64,000 nt of DNA, taken from NCBI GenBank assembly GCA_965230225.1, contig CBDDKM010000002.1, positions 224,914 to 288,913 of the forward strand. The letters are read 5' to 3'. The position numbers and the translations under genes were made by a program. The notes beneath the pieces were generated by a model. That model saw only the letters and a list, made by a program, of their open reading frames with translations. It did not search any database and had not been told where the DNA came from. Below, in pieces: positions 1 through 9,808 of the stretch (positions are counted from its first letter, which is position 1; each line of letters opens with the position of its first letter). This stretch comes from Parvicellaceae bacterium (GTDB taxonomy: Bacteria; Bacteroidota; Bacteroidia; Flavobacteriales_D; Parvicellaceae).

Positions 1-223
1 AGAAAATAATCTCTCGTTTGGTCCAGATCAGAACACTTCTAAAAGGAAATCGTCTTTGTATATACATGGTTTAAAATTGTTTAGTCAACTAATGCAAAAT
101 TCATGTTTCAACATCAAATTGCAGTCATGCAAAAGTAACATTAACCACAAGATTATGAGTTCACAAATTTATTCCTAGGTATACGAATCAGACCAGAGAA
201 TATTTTGATTCGGGAATATTTCT

Positions 224-874
224 TCAGAAATTGATGGAATAGCTATCCAATAGGATGTGATCAGTAACTGTTGTATCAATGGGATTATAGCTAATCTCCT
301 CTACCAACCCAACATTTTTAGCAAACTTCCTTTTATAGTACGGCCACGGAAGAGGATCAATAAAATAATGTACTTCCATTACAGAATCGTAAAAGATATT
401 ATTTACCGTCATGGTATCATCTAACGCCACGATGTTACCTTCTAAATCATCTCCCTGGTATATTTTAACACTGGTAAACCAGCTACCGAGAGTTGGGGTA
501 TTAGGGAAAAAGGTTCTCCATTCGTGGTAATCGAAATTACTTAACGGAGTGGTGCTACCACGATTAACCACATTACCTTCCCATACGGGAGCATAAAAAA
601 GACTGGAATCGTAAACGGGATAATAATCGCTGTACCTGGCAAATAGTTCGTAATTCGGGTCAGTTGTATATATTACGTTAAAACCACCTGGCCTATCGTA
701 AGTCCAGGATGAACCGGGGTAAGTAGGAAAATAATCGTGAGGGAAAATAGTATCAATATGTACAACCGGAGTAGTCTCTGGCATTTCTGCCGAATCTTTG
801 GTACAGCTTGAAAAGGTAAAGAGCCACAGCACTATAACAATCAGAATAGCAGGTAGGGATTTAGTCAGTTTCAT
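224..874 (-). CDS. hypothetical lipoprotein (signal peptide, lipobox-like FSSC)
   Basis: N-terminal hydrophobic segment followed by SSC, consistent with a lipoprotein. No recognisable catalytic motif. Confidence 0.45.
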   Translation of the reverse strand: MKLTKSLPAILIVIVLWLFTFSSCTKDSAEMPETTPVVHIDTIFPHDYFPTYPGSSWTYDRPGGFNVIYTTDPNYELFARYSDYYPVYDSSLFYAPVWEGNVVNRGSTTPLSNFDYHEWRTFFPNTPTLGSWFTSVKIYQGDDLEGNIVALDDTMTVNNIFYDSVMEVHYFIDPLPWPYYKRKFAKNVGLVEEISYNPIDTTVTDHILLDSYSINF

Positions 875-920
875 GGTTTAGGTTTAGATGCTTTAAATAT
901 CGCTCCTAAATCATTAAGAT

Positions 921-1487
921 TCAAGTGCCAATTAGGGAACGGTGATGAAGGTATATTTCTGCTATTTGACCAATATCCACCACCTCATCAGCAGATTGAG
1001 GTTCATGCTTCCAAACTAGTTCACCTCCCTTAACCAAAAAGGTAGCTGCCATTTGCCAGCGAGTACCGGATGCTTTTCTGTTTCTAATACCATGAGGAAT
1101 GAGTTTAGCTACACCTAGTAGTGATTTCCCACCCAAAAAATGACTTAGACTAGAATACCCTACACCAAAAGCACCATATATTTCTCGGTTGGGATCATGC
1201 ACTCTATTGATGTTTTCAATCCCTCCTATTTCGCCTAACCATTGTTCGCAAATGGCTTCCTCTCCATGAGTAATGATGTAAATGCCCAGATCATTAAACT
1301 GACTACTTAGCGCACATAATTCTTTAACTGTTTTTTCGGCAAATGGGCATCCAGTATGCCTTAAAAATGAGATTAACACCAACTTGTTTTCCCCAGTGGG
1401 TGTAAAAATATCTTTGTGTGGAATCGTATTCCCAATTTGTAAGGGTGAACGCACTTTCTGTTGTGGTGGTTTCGAAAGTCCTATCAT
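921..1487 (-). CDS. thioredoxin-fold, peroxiredoxin-like (AhpC/TSA_2-type) protein
   Basis: The FLRHTGCPFAEKT motif resembles the redox-active Cys region of peroxiredoxin-like family proteins. The ATG overlaps the upstream gene's stop (ATGA). Confidence 0.4.
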   Translation of the reverse strand: MIGLSKPPQQKVRSPLQIGNTIPHKDIFTPTGENKLVLISFLRHTGCPFAEKTVKELCALSSQFNDLGIYIITHGEEAICEQWLGEIGGIENINRVHDPNREIYGAFGVGYSSLSHFLGGKSLLGVAKLIPHGIRNRKASGTRWQMAATFLVKGGELVWKHEPQSADEVVDIGQIAEIYLHHRSLIGT

Positions 1488-2113
1488 CCTCTACAAACAG
1501 AACTTGCCCCGCTTTTACCGGCCAACATACTTTCTACCATGTACTCAGCAACATCTGCTCTGGTAATATCTCCATTGGGCAATTTTCCTTCCTGATCTAT
1601 TACCTTACCTGTTGCCTCTCCATTTTTCAGCGCTACCGGACGTACAATATGATACCCTCCTTTGTTTTGTTTAACGGCATCTTCCTGCATTTGATGATCC
1701 TTCATGGTTTTTCCCAAAAACAGTTTTGACAACAGTTTTTCGTGCCATTTTAACCTGCTCCAACTTTCAGAAACTCCGTGAGCACTGACCACATGTACTT
1801 TGCAGTTAAGGTTGTTTTGGTTCAGTACCTCAACAATGTTCTTTGTTCCAATGCTTCGAACACTATCTGCTTTTAAATCCCTACTGCCCAGAGCTACAAT
1901 TACATTTGTAAAATCGCTGCTTTTTAGAGCTATTTCAATCTCCTCTTTATTAAATACATCTCCGGCAAGAATGTTGGTAGATGATGTATTTATCTTTCCT
2001 TCGGAACCCTTACGAACAAAGGCAGAGTGCTTAAGTTGTTTAGAAGATAATACCTTACAAATCTCAACTCCGGTATTTCCTGTAGCTCCAAATACTATTA
2101 TGTTTTTTTCCAT
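1484..2113 (-). CDS. NAD(P)H-binding Rossmann-fold protein (NmrA/atypical SDR family)
   Basis: N-terminal IVFGATGNTG glycine-rich dinucleotide-binding motif, and a ~209-aa length typical of the YwnB/NmrA-like family. Confidence 0.6.
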   Translation of the reverse strand: MEKNIIVFGATGNTGVEICKVLSSKQLKHSAFVRKGSEGKINTSSTNILAGDVFNKEEIEIALKSSDFTNVIVALGSRDLKADSVRSIGTKNIVEVLNQNNLNCKVHVVSAHGVSESWSRLKWHEKLLSKLFLGKTMKDHQMQEDAVKQNKGGYHIVRPVALKNGEATGKVIDQEGKLPNGDITRADVAEYMVESMLAGKSGASSVCRG

Positions 2114-2250
2114 GGTTACTCTTATAGACGACTAACCACAAAGATTATTTTTTACCCCATCAAAAACCATGAATAAACTCAGCTTATGAACTCATATCCG
2201 TCATTCATCTATTTGCATTACCCAACCAAGTAGATCATTTTTTAAATTCG

Positions 2251-3027
2251 TTGCCAGACTCTTCTAATACACTTCGAATGAAAATTATAATTATTGACGA
2301 TGAAGCCAATGCCAGAATTCTATTGAGAAACATAGTACTCAAGTACTTTGGAGAATCTATGGATATTTTGGAAGCAAAAAACTTAAAAGAAGGAGTTGAA
2401 TTGATAAAGCAACATCGACCTCAAATTGTATTTCTGGATGTAGAAATGCCCAACGAACAGGGAGTAGAGATTTACAAGTATTTTGAGGGAGAGTCCATCG
2501 ATTTTCATTTGGTATTTACCACAGCCTACAGCCAATACGCTCTAAAAGCATTCGAGCTTAACGCCATCGACTATATCCTTAAACCTATACGTCCCACCAG
2601 AATACAAGAAGTTATAGAAAAGGTGAAAAAGTCCGAGAGCAGTAATAACATTCAGCAAAAACTGGAAGAATTAAAACGAACCTTACGCCAAAACGATTTC
2701 AATAAAATAGCCTTACCGGTTAAAAATGGAATTTTATTCACCCCGCTTACAGACATTATCCACCTGGAAGCTGATGGTAGTTACACCACTGTATACCAGG
2801 CCAACGGAGAAAACATTTTGGTTTCCAAACCGCTTAAATTCTTTGACCATATTCTGGAAAAAGGCAGCAGTTTCTACCGTCCACATCGGTCTCATATTTT
2901 TAACCTGAAGTACCTTAAAGAATACGTAAGAAAAGATGGCAACTATGTAATTCTGGAAAACGCCAATGTAGTGCCCATCTCCAAAGAGAAAAAAGAAGAG
3001 TTTTTAGAAATCGTAACCTCTATTTAG
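2251..3027 (+). CDS. LytTR-family response regulator (receiver + LytTR DNA-binding domain)
   Basis: MKIIIIDDE...FLDVEMP receiver motifs and a C-terminal LytTR-like region. The true start is probably the internal ATG at ~2278 (MKIIIIDDE). Confidence 0.85.
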   Translation: MPDSSNTLRMKIIIIDDEANARILLRNIVLKYFGESMDILEAKNLKEGVELIKQHRPQIVFLDVEMPNEQGVEIYKYFEGESIDFHLVFTTAYSQYALKAFELNAIDYILKPIRPTRIQEVIEKVKKSESSNNIQQKLEELKRTLRQNDFNKIALPVKNGILFTPLTDIIHLEADGSYTTVYQANGENILVSKPLKFFDHILEKGSSFYRPHRSHIFNLKYLKEYVRKDGNYVILENANVVPISKEKKEEFLEIVTSI

Positions 3028-3031
3028 TTCA

Positions 3032-5959
3032 TTGCGCCTTGCGGTAGTCATATTATTAGCTTTTGTACATGTTTTAACACCTGCACAACAGTATAACTCG
3101 TATTCTTTTAATGAGTTATACCACTTTTCTGAAAACACCATCTACGATATTTCTCAAGACGAAAAAGGCTACTTCTGGTTAGGCACCTCCAACGGGCTAT
3201 TTCAATTTAACGGTAACGACTTTACCAACTACCAATACCCTGATTTTGCCAAAGAATACACCAACATTAAAATTGACAAAAAGGGACAGGTCTGGTTTCT
3301 AAATTTTGGAGGGCAGGTTTTTTATTTGAAGCAAAATATACCTACCCTGTTTACCGATTTCGAAAGTGAGGGGAACTTTGTTCAAGATTACTTTTTTGAA
3401 GAAGACTCCTCCATACTATTCTTTAAACAGGAAGGAGAAGTAGTTTATCGGAATAAAATGGATTCTTCAACACCACAAGCACTATATCAAACCAATGATA
3501 ATTATAAAATCATCTCTTGTAAGCAAAATGGCACAACACTATTGCTATATACCATCGGAAGAGCTAACCTATCGGATGGAAGCAAACCCTTGCGGGTAGT
3601 TGAGTTAAACACTTTAAGCAAGCAATCTACCATCAAAAAAGAATATACCATTCCGAAAAACAATAACTCTCTAATGGTTATTCATGAGAAGGATAAATCA
3701 TTCCTGCTGAACACCTCTCAATTCATTAAGCTTTATGAATTAAACGAGTCTCTAAGTTTAGTACTAGAAATTTCTACGGAATCAGTATCTGGAATAAACG
3801 GATTACAGTTCACTAACGATCAATATTGGCTACTCACCAAAAATGGATTACTGGTGTATGATTCTAGTGGAACATTGAAAAATCATTCCTTTAAGCATTA
3901 CAGCATATCCACCATTTTTCGGGACATTGAAAATAATTTATGGGGTTGCTCCCTAAATAAAGGAATTGAAATAATTTCCAATCAATCCATTCGATCTCAA
4001 AAATTAATTGGAACGGAGGTACTCCACACCACCTATACTGAAAATGGAAATTCATTCTACTCCGATTATGATGGTCATTTTTACCAACTAAAACCCAATG
4101 GTGAAGTCTTGCAAATTAACCATCCGGAAATTGTAAAGACTCATTTTTCTTACAACCAAAAGGATGGTTTTATCTATTTTGATCACAGCAATCACGCCTA
4201 CAACACCACAACCCAGACATTCGAAAAAATTGACCAGCCCATTGTATTTAAAGACATTACCCCGTTAAACAAAAACGTTGCAGTAATTACTACTTCGGTT
4301 AAATCGGCCTTGATGTATAAAAACCGATCGAACCTGATAACAATTAACGATCTGTATCATTTGGGTATTGATATAGGTACCGAACAACACTTTCCGGAAA
4401 TCAGAAACAAAAGGTGTACAAAGTCTGTAGCAGTACAAGGAAAGAGTCAATTCTATATAGCCTATATAGATGGGCTATATGGGTATTCGAACAATCAAAA
4501 TCCTGTTGAAATTCTATTTGAGGGCAGCCCGATTCTGGTTACTGAAATGATAACTGACAACTCCGGGATTTGGGTAACCACCAAAAACAACCAGGTCCTC
4601 TTCATTAATAAGAATAAGGTTATTAAGCACTTCCAATTGAATCAATCCTATCATAATTTAATTCTGCAAGATGCATTTTTGTATCTGATCAATAAAGAGT
4701 CCATTTCCAGATTAAACATTAATAATGGACACATCGATACATTTGGTGTGGAAGATGGTTTATTGAACGAACCCATATTAAATGCATTTATACACAACGA
4801 TACGCTTCAAATTCTTAGCGCCCATCATGTTCAGCAACTACCGTGTAATTATAAAAAACCAGAAGGGCATGCACCACAAGTTTTCATCTCAGGAATCAGG
4901 GTTAACAACAATGACCGGAACCTAAAGGAATTGCAACTGAACTACAACGAAAATAATCTAACCATTGTATTTCATGGCATGTCTATTAGCAGCAGAAAAA
5001 AGCAAGTATTTGAATATCGATTAAACCATTCGGAATCCTGGACAACAACCCTTAATTCTGCTCCCTTTGCACAGTTCAATAATCTGGCTCCGGGCTTCTA
5101 CACCTTCGAACTTAGGTGCAAAGGCATCGATGGTCAATACTCAGAAATTCGATCCATAAACTTTTCTGTACTTCCCCATTTCACACAAACATGGTGGTTC
5201 ATTTCCATTCTGGTTTTATCTGTTATAGCCATTGTTTTTGGACTCATGCGTTGGCGAATGCGCATGGTAACTCAAAAAAACAAACTCAAACACGATCAGA
5301 ATACTTTGAAGAAAGACCTTTATAAATCTAAAATTGCTGCCATTCGATCTCAAATGAATCCTCATTTTATGTTTAATGCGTTAAATACTATTCAGCAGTT
5401 TATCATCGCCAATCAGCAAGACATTGCGAGCGAGTATCTAGCAGATTTCGCCGATTTAATGCGTAAATATTTAGATCAGAGCAAATCGGAAAGCATACAG
5501 CTGTCGGAAGAGATGGATACACTTAATATTTACCTCCGATTGGAACAGTTGAGATACAACCACGAACTTAATTTTTCAATTACATCAGATCCGAACATCT
5601 CTATTAGTCATACCTATATACCCGTTATGCTCATTCAGCCATTTGTAGAAAACGGCATCAAGCATGGGTTACTCCACAAGGAAGGGATGAAACAATTGTC
5701 CATTCATTTTTCCAGAGAAGAAAACCAAATCGTATGCACCATCATCGACAATGGTATTGGCCGAAAAGCTTCCGGTGAAATAAATGCAGCCAAAAAAATT
5801 CGTCATACCTCATTTGCAACTTCTGCCATTGATGAAAGAGTTAAATTGGTAAACAAAGGTTATAGCGGTCAGCTTTCTATTGAAATTGAAGACCTGTACG
5901 AAAATCAAAAAGCATCAGGAACCAAAGTAATTCTAAGAATAACTCCCGAATCACTTTAA
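3032..5959 (+). CDS. sensor histidine kinase (signal peptide, beta-propeller repeats, Y_Y_Y, TM, LytS-type His_kinase, HATPase)
   Basis: MNPHFMFNALNTIQ (the LytS/YehU-type H-box), a C-terminal HATPase region (IIDNGIG) and a TM segment WWFISILVLSV. The TTG start lies 4 nt after the response-regulator stop, suggesting a translationally coupled pair. Confidence 0.85.
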   Translation: MRLAVVILLAFVHVLTPAQQYNSYSFNELYHFSENTIYDISQDEKGYFWLGTSNGLFQFNGNDFTNYQYPDFAKEYTNIKIDKKGQVWFLNFGGQVFYLKQNIPTLFTDFESEGNFVQDYFFEEDSSILFFKQEGEVVYRNKMDSSTPQALYQTNDNYKIISCKQNGTTLLLYTIGRANLSDGSKPLRVVELNTLSKQSTIKKEYTIPKNNNSLMVIHEKDKSFLLNTSQFIKLYELNESLSLVLEISTESVSGINGLQFTNDQYWLLTKNGLLVYDSSGTLKNHSFKHYSISTIFRDIENNLWGCSLNKGIEIISNQSIRSQKLIGTEVLHTTYTENGNSFYSDYDGHFYQLKPNGEVLQINHPEIVKTHFSYNQKDGFIYFDHSNHAYNTTTQTFEKIDQPIVFKDITPLNKNVAVITTSVKSALMYKNRSNLITINDLYHLGIDIGTEQHFPEIRNKRCTKSVAVQGKSQFYIAYIDGLYGYSNNQNPVEILFEGSPILVTEMITDNSGIWVTTKNNQVLFINKNKVIKHFQLNQSYHNLILQDAFLYLINKESISRLNINNGHIDTFGVEDGLLNEPILNAFIHNDTLQILSAHHVQQLPCNYKKPEGHAPQVFISGIRVNNNDRNLKELQLNYNENNLTIVFHGMSISSRKKQVFEYRLNHSESWTTTLNSAPFAQFNNLAPGFYTFELRCKGIDGQYSEIRSINFSVLPHFTQTWWFISILVLSVIAIVFGLMRWRMRMVTQKNKLKHDQNTLKKDLYKSKIAAIRSQMNPHFMFNALNTIQQFIIANQQDIASEYLADFADLMRKYLDQSKSESIQLSEEMDTLNIYLRLEQLRYNHELNFSITSDPNISISHTYIPVMLIQPFVENGIKHGLLHKEGMKQLSIHFSREENQIVCTIIDNGIGRKASGEINAAKKIRHTSFATSAIDERVKLVNKGYSGQLSIEIEDLYENQKASGTKVILRITPESL

Positions 5960-6057
5960 TCCCCACCATTACAATTTCATAGGTTCATATCCGACATTCA
6001 TGAATTTGGTTAACAAAAAGCATTACTGCTTCAGTTACTTAGCCAAAAAAATTACTC

Positions 6058-7848
6058 ATGAAGAAATTATATCTGGCAATTAGCTTACTGCTTAGTATAC
6101 AACTCAATGCCCAATCGATTATTTATGTAAACGCAAATGCAACAGGAGCCAACAACGGAAGTTCATGGTCGGATGCATACATAGACCTTAACGATGCAAC
6201 CAATAGTGCTACTTCCGGAACTCATATTTATGTGGCTCAAGGAACTTACTACCCGGGGGTTAATGGAACCTTATCTTACCCAGCATATATTTTGGAACCT
6301 GATGTTTCGTTATTTGGTGGCTTTCCGAATACCGGCAACCCTACTCTAAACGATAGAGACTGGGCAGCAAATCCTACCATTCTGGATGGAGATATTGCCG
6401 GTGATGATGATGGAACTCCAGCTACCCGAACAGATAATGCCAGAAGAATATTGATTACTAATACTCAGTATTTATTAGATGGATTTACCCTGCAAAACGG
6501 TGGTGATAATGCTAATGCACCTGGAGCCGGTATTGCCATGGGAGGAGCAAGCGAAAGAAACGGAGCCGTAAAAAATTGCACTTTTAAAAACAACTGGGTA
6601 TTGGTTAATGGTGGGCCAGCATCAGAAGGAGGAGCCATTAGAGCCTCGGCAGTTTCCGACACAGATTCTTTAATTGTAGATAATTGCTCTTTTATAAACA
6701 ACGTTGCAATGCAAGGTGGTGCTGTTATCTTTAACGGAAAAGCAAAAATTACCAACTCCAGGTTTATCAAAAATATTTCCGGAAGAGGTAGTGCCATATT
6801 TGCCTATGTACCAGGTAACGGAACATCCAATACCAATTCTGAAATTTCAAATTCAGTGTTCTATAAAAACCATGTGGTAGAGGCAGGACTTGGTAGCCCA
6901 AACAGTGGGGGTACCATTCTTAGGTGGCAAGGAAGAGAAGGATACCTTACCATTAACAATTGTACCTTTAAAGAAAACAATTCATCGCAAACCAATTATG
7001 CTCATCGAGCTAATATTTATACCAATTATGAATTAACAGAACATACGGAAACCTATTTCAACAACTGCCTTTTCGATGTTATTCCTGATCGCAATTTTAA
7101 ATCGCCAAACAATAGCGATCTATTCTTTAACAACTGCATATACAACGGAGATGCTACATTTTTTGACGTTTCCAATTCCATATTAAATTCTGCAACTGCA
7201 TTTGGTAATATCACTTACATGTTGGAAGATACTGTTAGTGGAACTTTTATTCTTGATTGCGCTTCGGATGGAGTTGATGTAGGAGACAACATTTACATCA
7301 GCAACTACTCCGAAGATGCCGATGGTAACCCACGCTTAAGTGGAACCAGTGTGGACGCAGGTGCGTTCGAAACCCAACAAACCATAAATACCACCACAAC
7401 ACTAAACGGTAACACCATACAAGTGGACCAAACAGCAATAAGCTACCAATGGTTAAGTTGTAATGTATCGAATGGAACATATACTGTTATTTCTAGTGCA
7501 ACAGCGCAAAGTTTTACAGCAACCTCAACAGGTAGCTATGCTTGTGCCATTGATTATGGATGTATGCAAGACACCACAGCTTGTCAATCCATTACAGTTG
7601 TGGGCATAAATGAGCTATCAGAAAACAGAATCAACATTTATCCTAACCCTACCAAAGATGTATTAAACATCGAATCTGATCTCAATATCCGATCCATTTG
7701 CATTACTAACCTTATGGGTAAAATAGTATTTCAAACCAACTTACCTAATTTGGCAATATTAGATTTGAGTTCTTACCCTAAAGGGTCATACATCATTCAT
7801 CTGGAAACTCCGGCAAGAAGTTACAATAAGCAAATTATTCTACAATAA
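6058..7848 (+). CDS. secreted right-handed beta-helix (pectate-lyase-like) protein with T9SS C-terminal sorting domain
   Basis: Signal peptide, repetitive NxxF/G-rich beta-helix-like repeats, and a C-terminal INIYPNPTKDVLNIE...GSYIIHLE stretch typical of a type A T9SS CTD. Confidence 0.7.
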   Translation: MKKLYLAISLLLSIQLNAQSIIYVNANATGANNGSSWSDAYIDLNDATNSATSGTHIYVAQGTYYPGVNGTLSYPAYILEPDVSLFGGFPNTGNPTLNDRDWAANPTILDGDIAGDDDGTPATRTDNARRILITNTQYLLDGFTLQNGGDNANAPGAGIAMGGASERNGAVKNCTFKNNWVLVNGGPASEGGAIRASAVSDTDSLIVDNCSFINNVAMQGGAVIFNGKAKITNSRFIKNISGRGSAIFAYVPGNGTSNTNSEISNSVFYKNHVVEAGLGSPNSGGTILRWQGREGYLTINNCTFKENNSSQTNYAHRANIYTNYELTEHTETYFNNCLFDVIPDRNFKSPNNSDLFFNNCIYNGDATFFDVSNSILNSATAFGNITYMLEDTVSGTFILDCASDGVDVGDNIYISNYSEDADGNPRLSGTSVDAGAFETQQTINTTTTLNGNTIQVDQTAISYQWLSCNVSNGTYTVISSATAQSFTATSTGSYACAIDYGCMQDTTACQSITVVGINELSENRINIYPNPTKDVLNIESDLNIRSICITNLMGKIVFQTNLPNLAILDLSSYPKGSYIIHLETPARSYNKQIILQ

Positions 7849-7868
7849 AATCGTTGTACTTGCCAATA

Positions 7869-7895
7869 GCCTCAACAATAGTTGGGGCTTTTTTA
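7869..7895 (+). terminator. rho-independent terminator (gcctcaac-aata-gttggggc + T6)
   Basis: Hairpin with an 8-bp stem (one wobble) followed by TTTTTT, directly after the stop of the T9SS cargo gene. Confidence 0.6.
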
Positions 7896-7906
7896 TGGGG
7901 TAAAAA

Positions 7907-8404
7907 TTACTCCTTATATCGAACAAAATAAAACTTGCTCCCTCTCACTGATATTTCAAGTAGATTATTGTCTTCTTTCAGCTTGTACCCAAAGGAAAAT
8001 GGATAATGCATTCCACTCATAATTACTGCTTCGCAATCTAGAGACTCTCCATAAATGGTTCGTTTATCCACCAATGTTTTAAAAGTGAGTGCCACCATAA
8101 AATACCCATCCATTTCCATGTACGAAATGGTACTTGGAGTATCCTCAGGATGAAAAAGTAAATACCTACAACTTACAATGATGGAATCCGGAAGCCAGGC
8201 ATCTTCAAAATGAGCCTTGAATTTATTAGAGTCGATTGATTCGCTAATGATTTCAAAATCTTCCATCCCTGGGTGCTTGCTCTCATCTAGCATCCAGGCT
8301 CCAATTAGGGGGTGGTCTTTAGATAACGCTTTGGCCGATTTTCCTTGAGTAAAGGAAATGGAAGAAATACAGATACAAATGAGTAATGATGTAAAAAGCT
8401 TCAT
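7907..8404 (-). CDS. hypothetical secreted protein
   Basis: Signal peptide. No recognisable motifs. Confidence 0.4.
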   Translation of the reverse strand: MKLFTSLLICICISSISFTQGKSAKALSKDHPLIGAWMLDESKHPGMEDFEIISESIDSNKFKAHFEDAWLPDSIIVSCRYLLFHPEDTPSTISYMEMDGYFMVALTFKTLVDKRTIYGESLDCEAVIMSGMHYPFSFGYKLKEDNNLLEISVRGSKFYFVRYKE

Positions 8405-8419
8405 GATGAAATTTTTCGA

Positions 8420-9316
8420 TTAATTATTGTTCAAACTCTCTTGAAACCATTTTTGAATGTTCATCTTATTTTTGAACCCTCTGGTACAATACCTAACAAC
8501 ATCATTTTTGTCAAAGGTGATTCCAAATATTTCCTCAAGTTCCTTTATTAAAGTGGGTAAATTTTCAAGATTCGGCACCTGAGAAAGCTGAAATTTTCCT
8601 TTCCTGCTTCGAACAAAGTCTTCAGTAGAAAAATCATCCCAAGTAGCGTCAACAACATAATCTCGATCCTTTAGTTGAATCTCAAATGAAGATCCATCTC
8701 CCTTTGGTTCATTTCCAAGTACAACTATATGGAGATTATCCACCGGGTTGGCTGATTTTCCAGATTCAAGTTTTCCACCAAAACCCAATCGAAATTCCCA
8801 TTGAAAATTGTCCGGAGGAGTCACGTCCAAAGAATCCAACCACTTATAAATCTTAGTATTCTTATTGTGTTCTTTAAAATAGTCTTCAACAGTTTTAAGC
8901 TGATGAGTGTACACCTTATTATTGCAGAAATGAAGAACTCTTCTTGCTATAGATAAATCAGGATTTTTATTCTCAATCATGGTGTTCACCATTTGCTCAA
9001 TAGTGGCTTCAACTTTGTCACTGTACAATAGAAGAGTAAATAAATACCAGGAGTCTTTTATGTCATAATTGCTCAACCCCAACTCATCCCTTCCGAAGTC
9101 ATTTGTACTTTCGAAATAATCAATCAATGCTCCATTTACAAACTCTACGATCTCCGGCACTCTAGCAAAAGGCTGCATTCTTTTAGTATGCTTTTCAGAA
9201 GTTGGCGCATGCCATGTAGATTCGACTTTTTTAATTAACTTATCCAAATCCTTAGGATTCCCCTTGTAAACACTCTTCCTTTTTTTCAGTAACTCCAGTA
9301 CGTACTCCATAGCCAA
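8420..9316 (-). CDS. hypothetical protein
   Basis: Long ORF, 16 bp from the previous gene. No motif recognised. Confidence 0.4.
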   Translation of the reverse strand: MAMEYVLELLKKRKSVYKGNPKDLDKLIKKVESTWHAPTSEKHTKRMQPFARVPEIVEFVNGALIDYFESTNDFGRDELGLSNYDIKDSWYLFTLLLYSDKVEATIEQMVNTMIENKNPDLSIARRVLHFCNNKVYTHQLKTVEDYFKEHNKNTKIYKWLDSLDVTPPDNFQWEFRLGFGGKLESGKSANPVDNLHIVVLGNEPKGDGSSFEIQLKDRDYVVDATWDDFSTEDFVRSRKGKFQLSQVPNLENLPTLIKELEEIFGITFDKNDVVRYCTRGFKNKMNIQKWFQESLNNN

Positions 9317-9483
9317 CTATCATTAATCAAATACCTATTAATTAGGTATTCCTACCATAAATATAGCAATCAACTTAATATTAGGATAATTCCACAACAA
9401 GTCAGATTTGAAATAATTGCTATGTAAGCTTTACTTTTTCAATTATTACCTATCTTCAAAAAGGTAATTCACATATTAGTGCA

Positions 9484-9690
9484 ATGAGACTTAGAACTTA
9501 CATCTATATCATCACTCTTTTTTTCATCTCCTGTAAGGGTTCTAATGAGGAAAAAAGCCCCGAAATTGAAGGGACATTTACACCCGAAGATGCAGAAGAA
9601 TTAAAGCAGACCATCAACTCAGCTACCGACACTAACAGCACAAGTATTATTGAAGAGCATAAAATAGGTCCAGATTCTATGAATTTATAA
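9484..9690 (+). CDS. small putative lipoprotein
   Basis: FFISCKGS lipobox after a hydrophobic N-terminus. At 68 aa the call is uncertain. Confidence 0.3.
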   Translation: MRLRTYIYIITLFFISCKGSNEEKSPEIEGTFTPEDAEELKQTINSATDTNSTSIIEEHKIGPDSMNL

Positions 9691-9736
9691 CCAACTGAGC
9701 CCTGATCTTTCTAACGGATAAATAGACTTTGAATAA

Positions 9737-9772
9737 AAATGGCCCAAACTGCATTTGCAATTTGGGCCATTT
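9737..9772. terminator. bidirectional rho-independent terminator (12-bp stem aaatggcccaaa/tttgggccattt)
   Basis: Perfect 12-bp inverted repeat flanked by A-runs and T-runs. It lies between the convergent gene ends at 9690 (+) and 9809 (-). Confidence 0.6.
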
Positions 9773-9808
9773 ACCAGTTAAATTAACTACAATCTAAATC
9801 CAATATTC

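Noticed and set aside
1384-1729. Small plus-strand ORFs (1384-1566, 1418-1729, and similar cases such as 6465-6797, 11470-11667, 13739-14020, 28465-28719, 52833-53339)
   Set aside because: They are fully embedded antisense or out-of-frame within long, motif-supported genes. They are typical six-frame noise.
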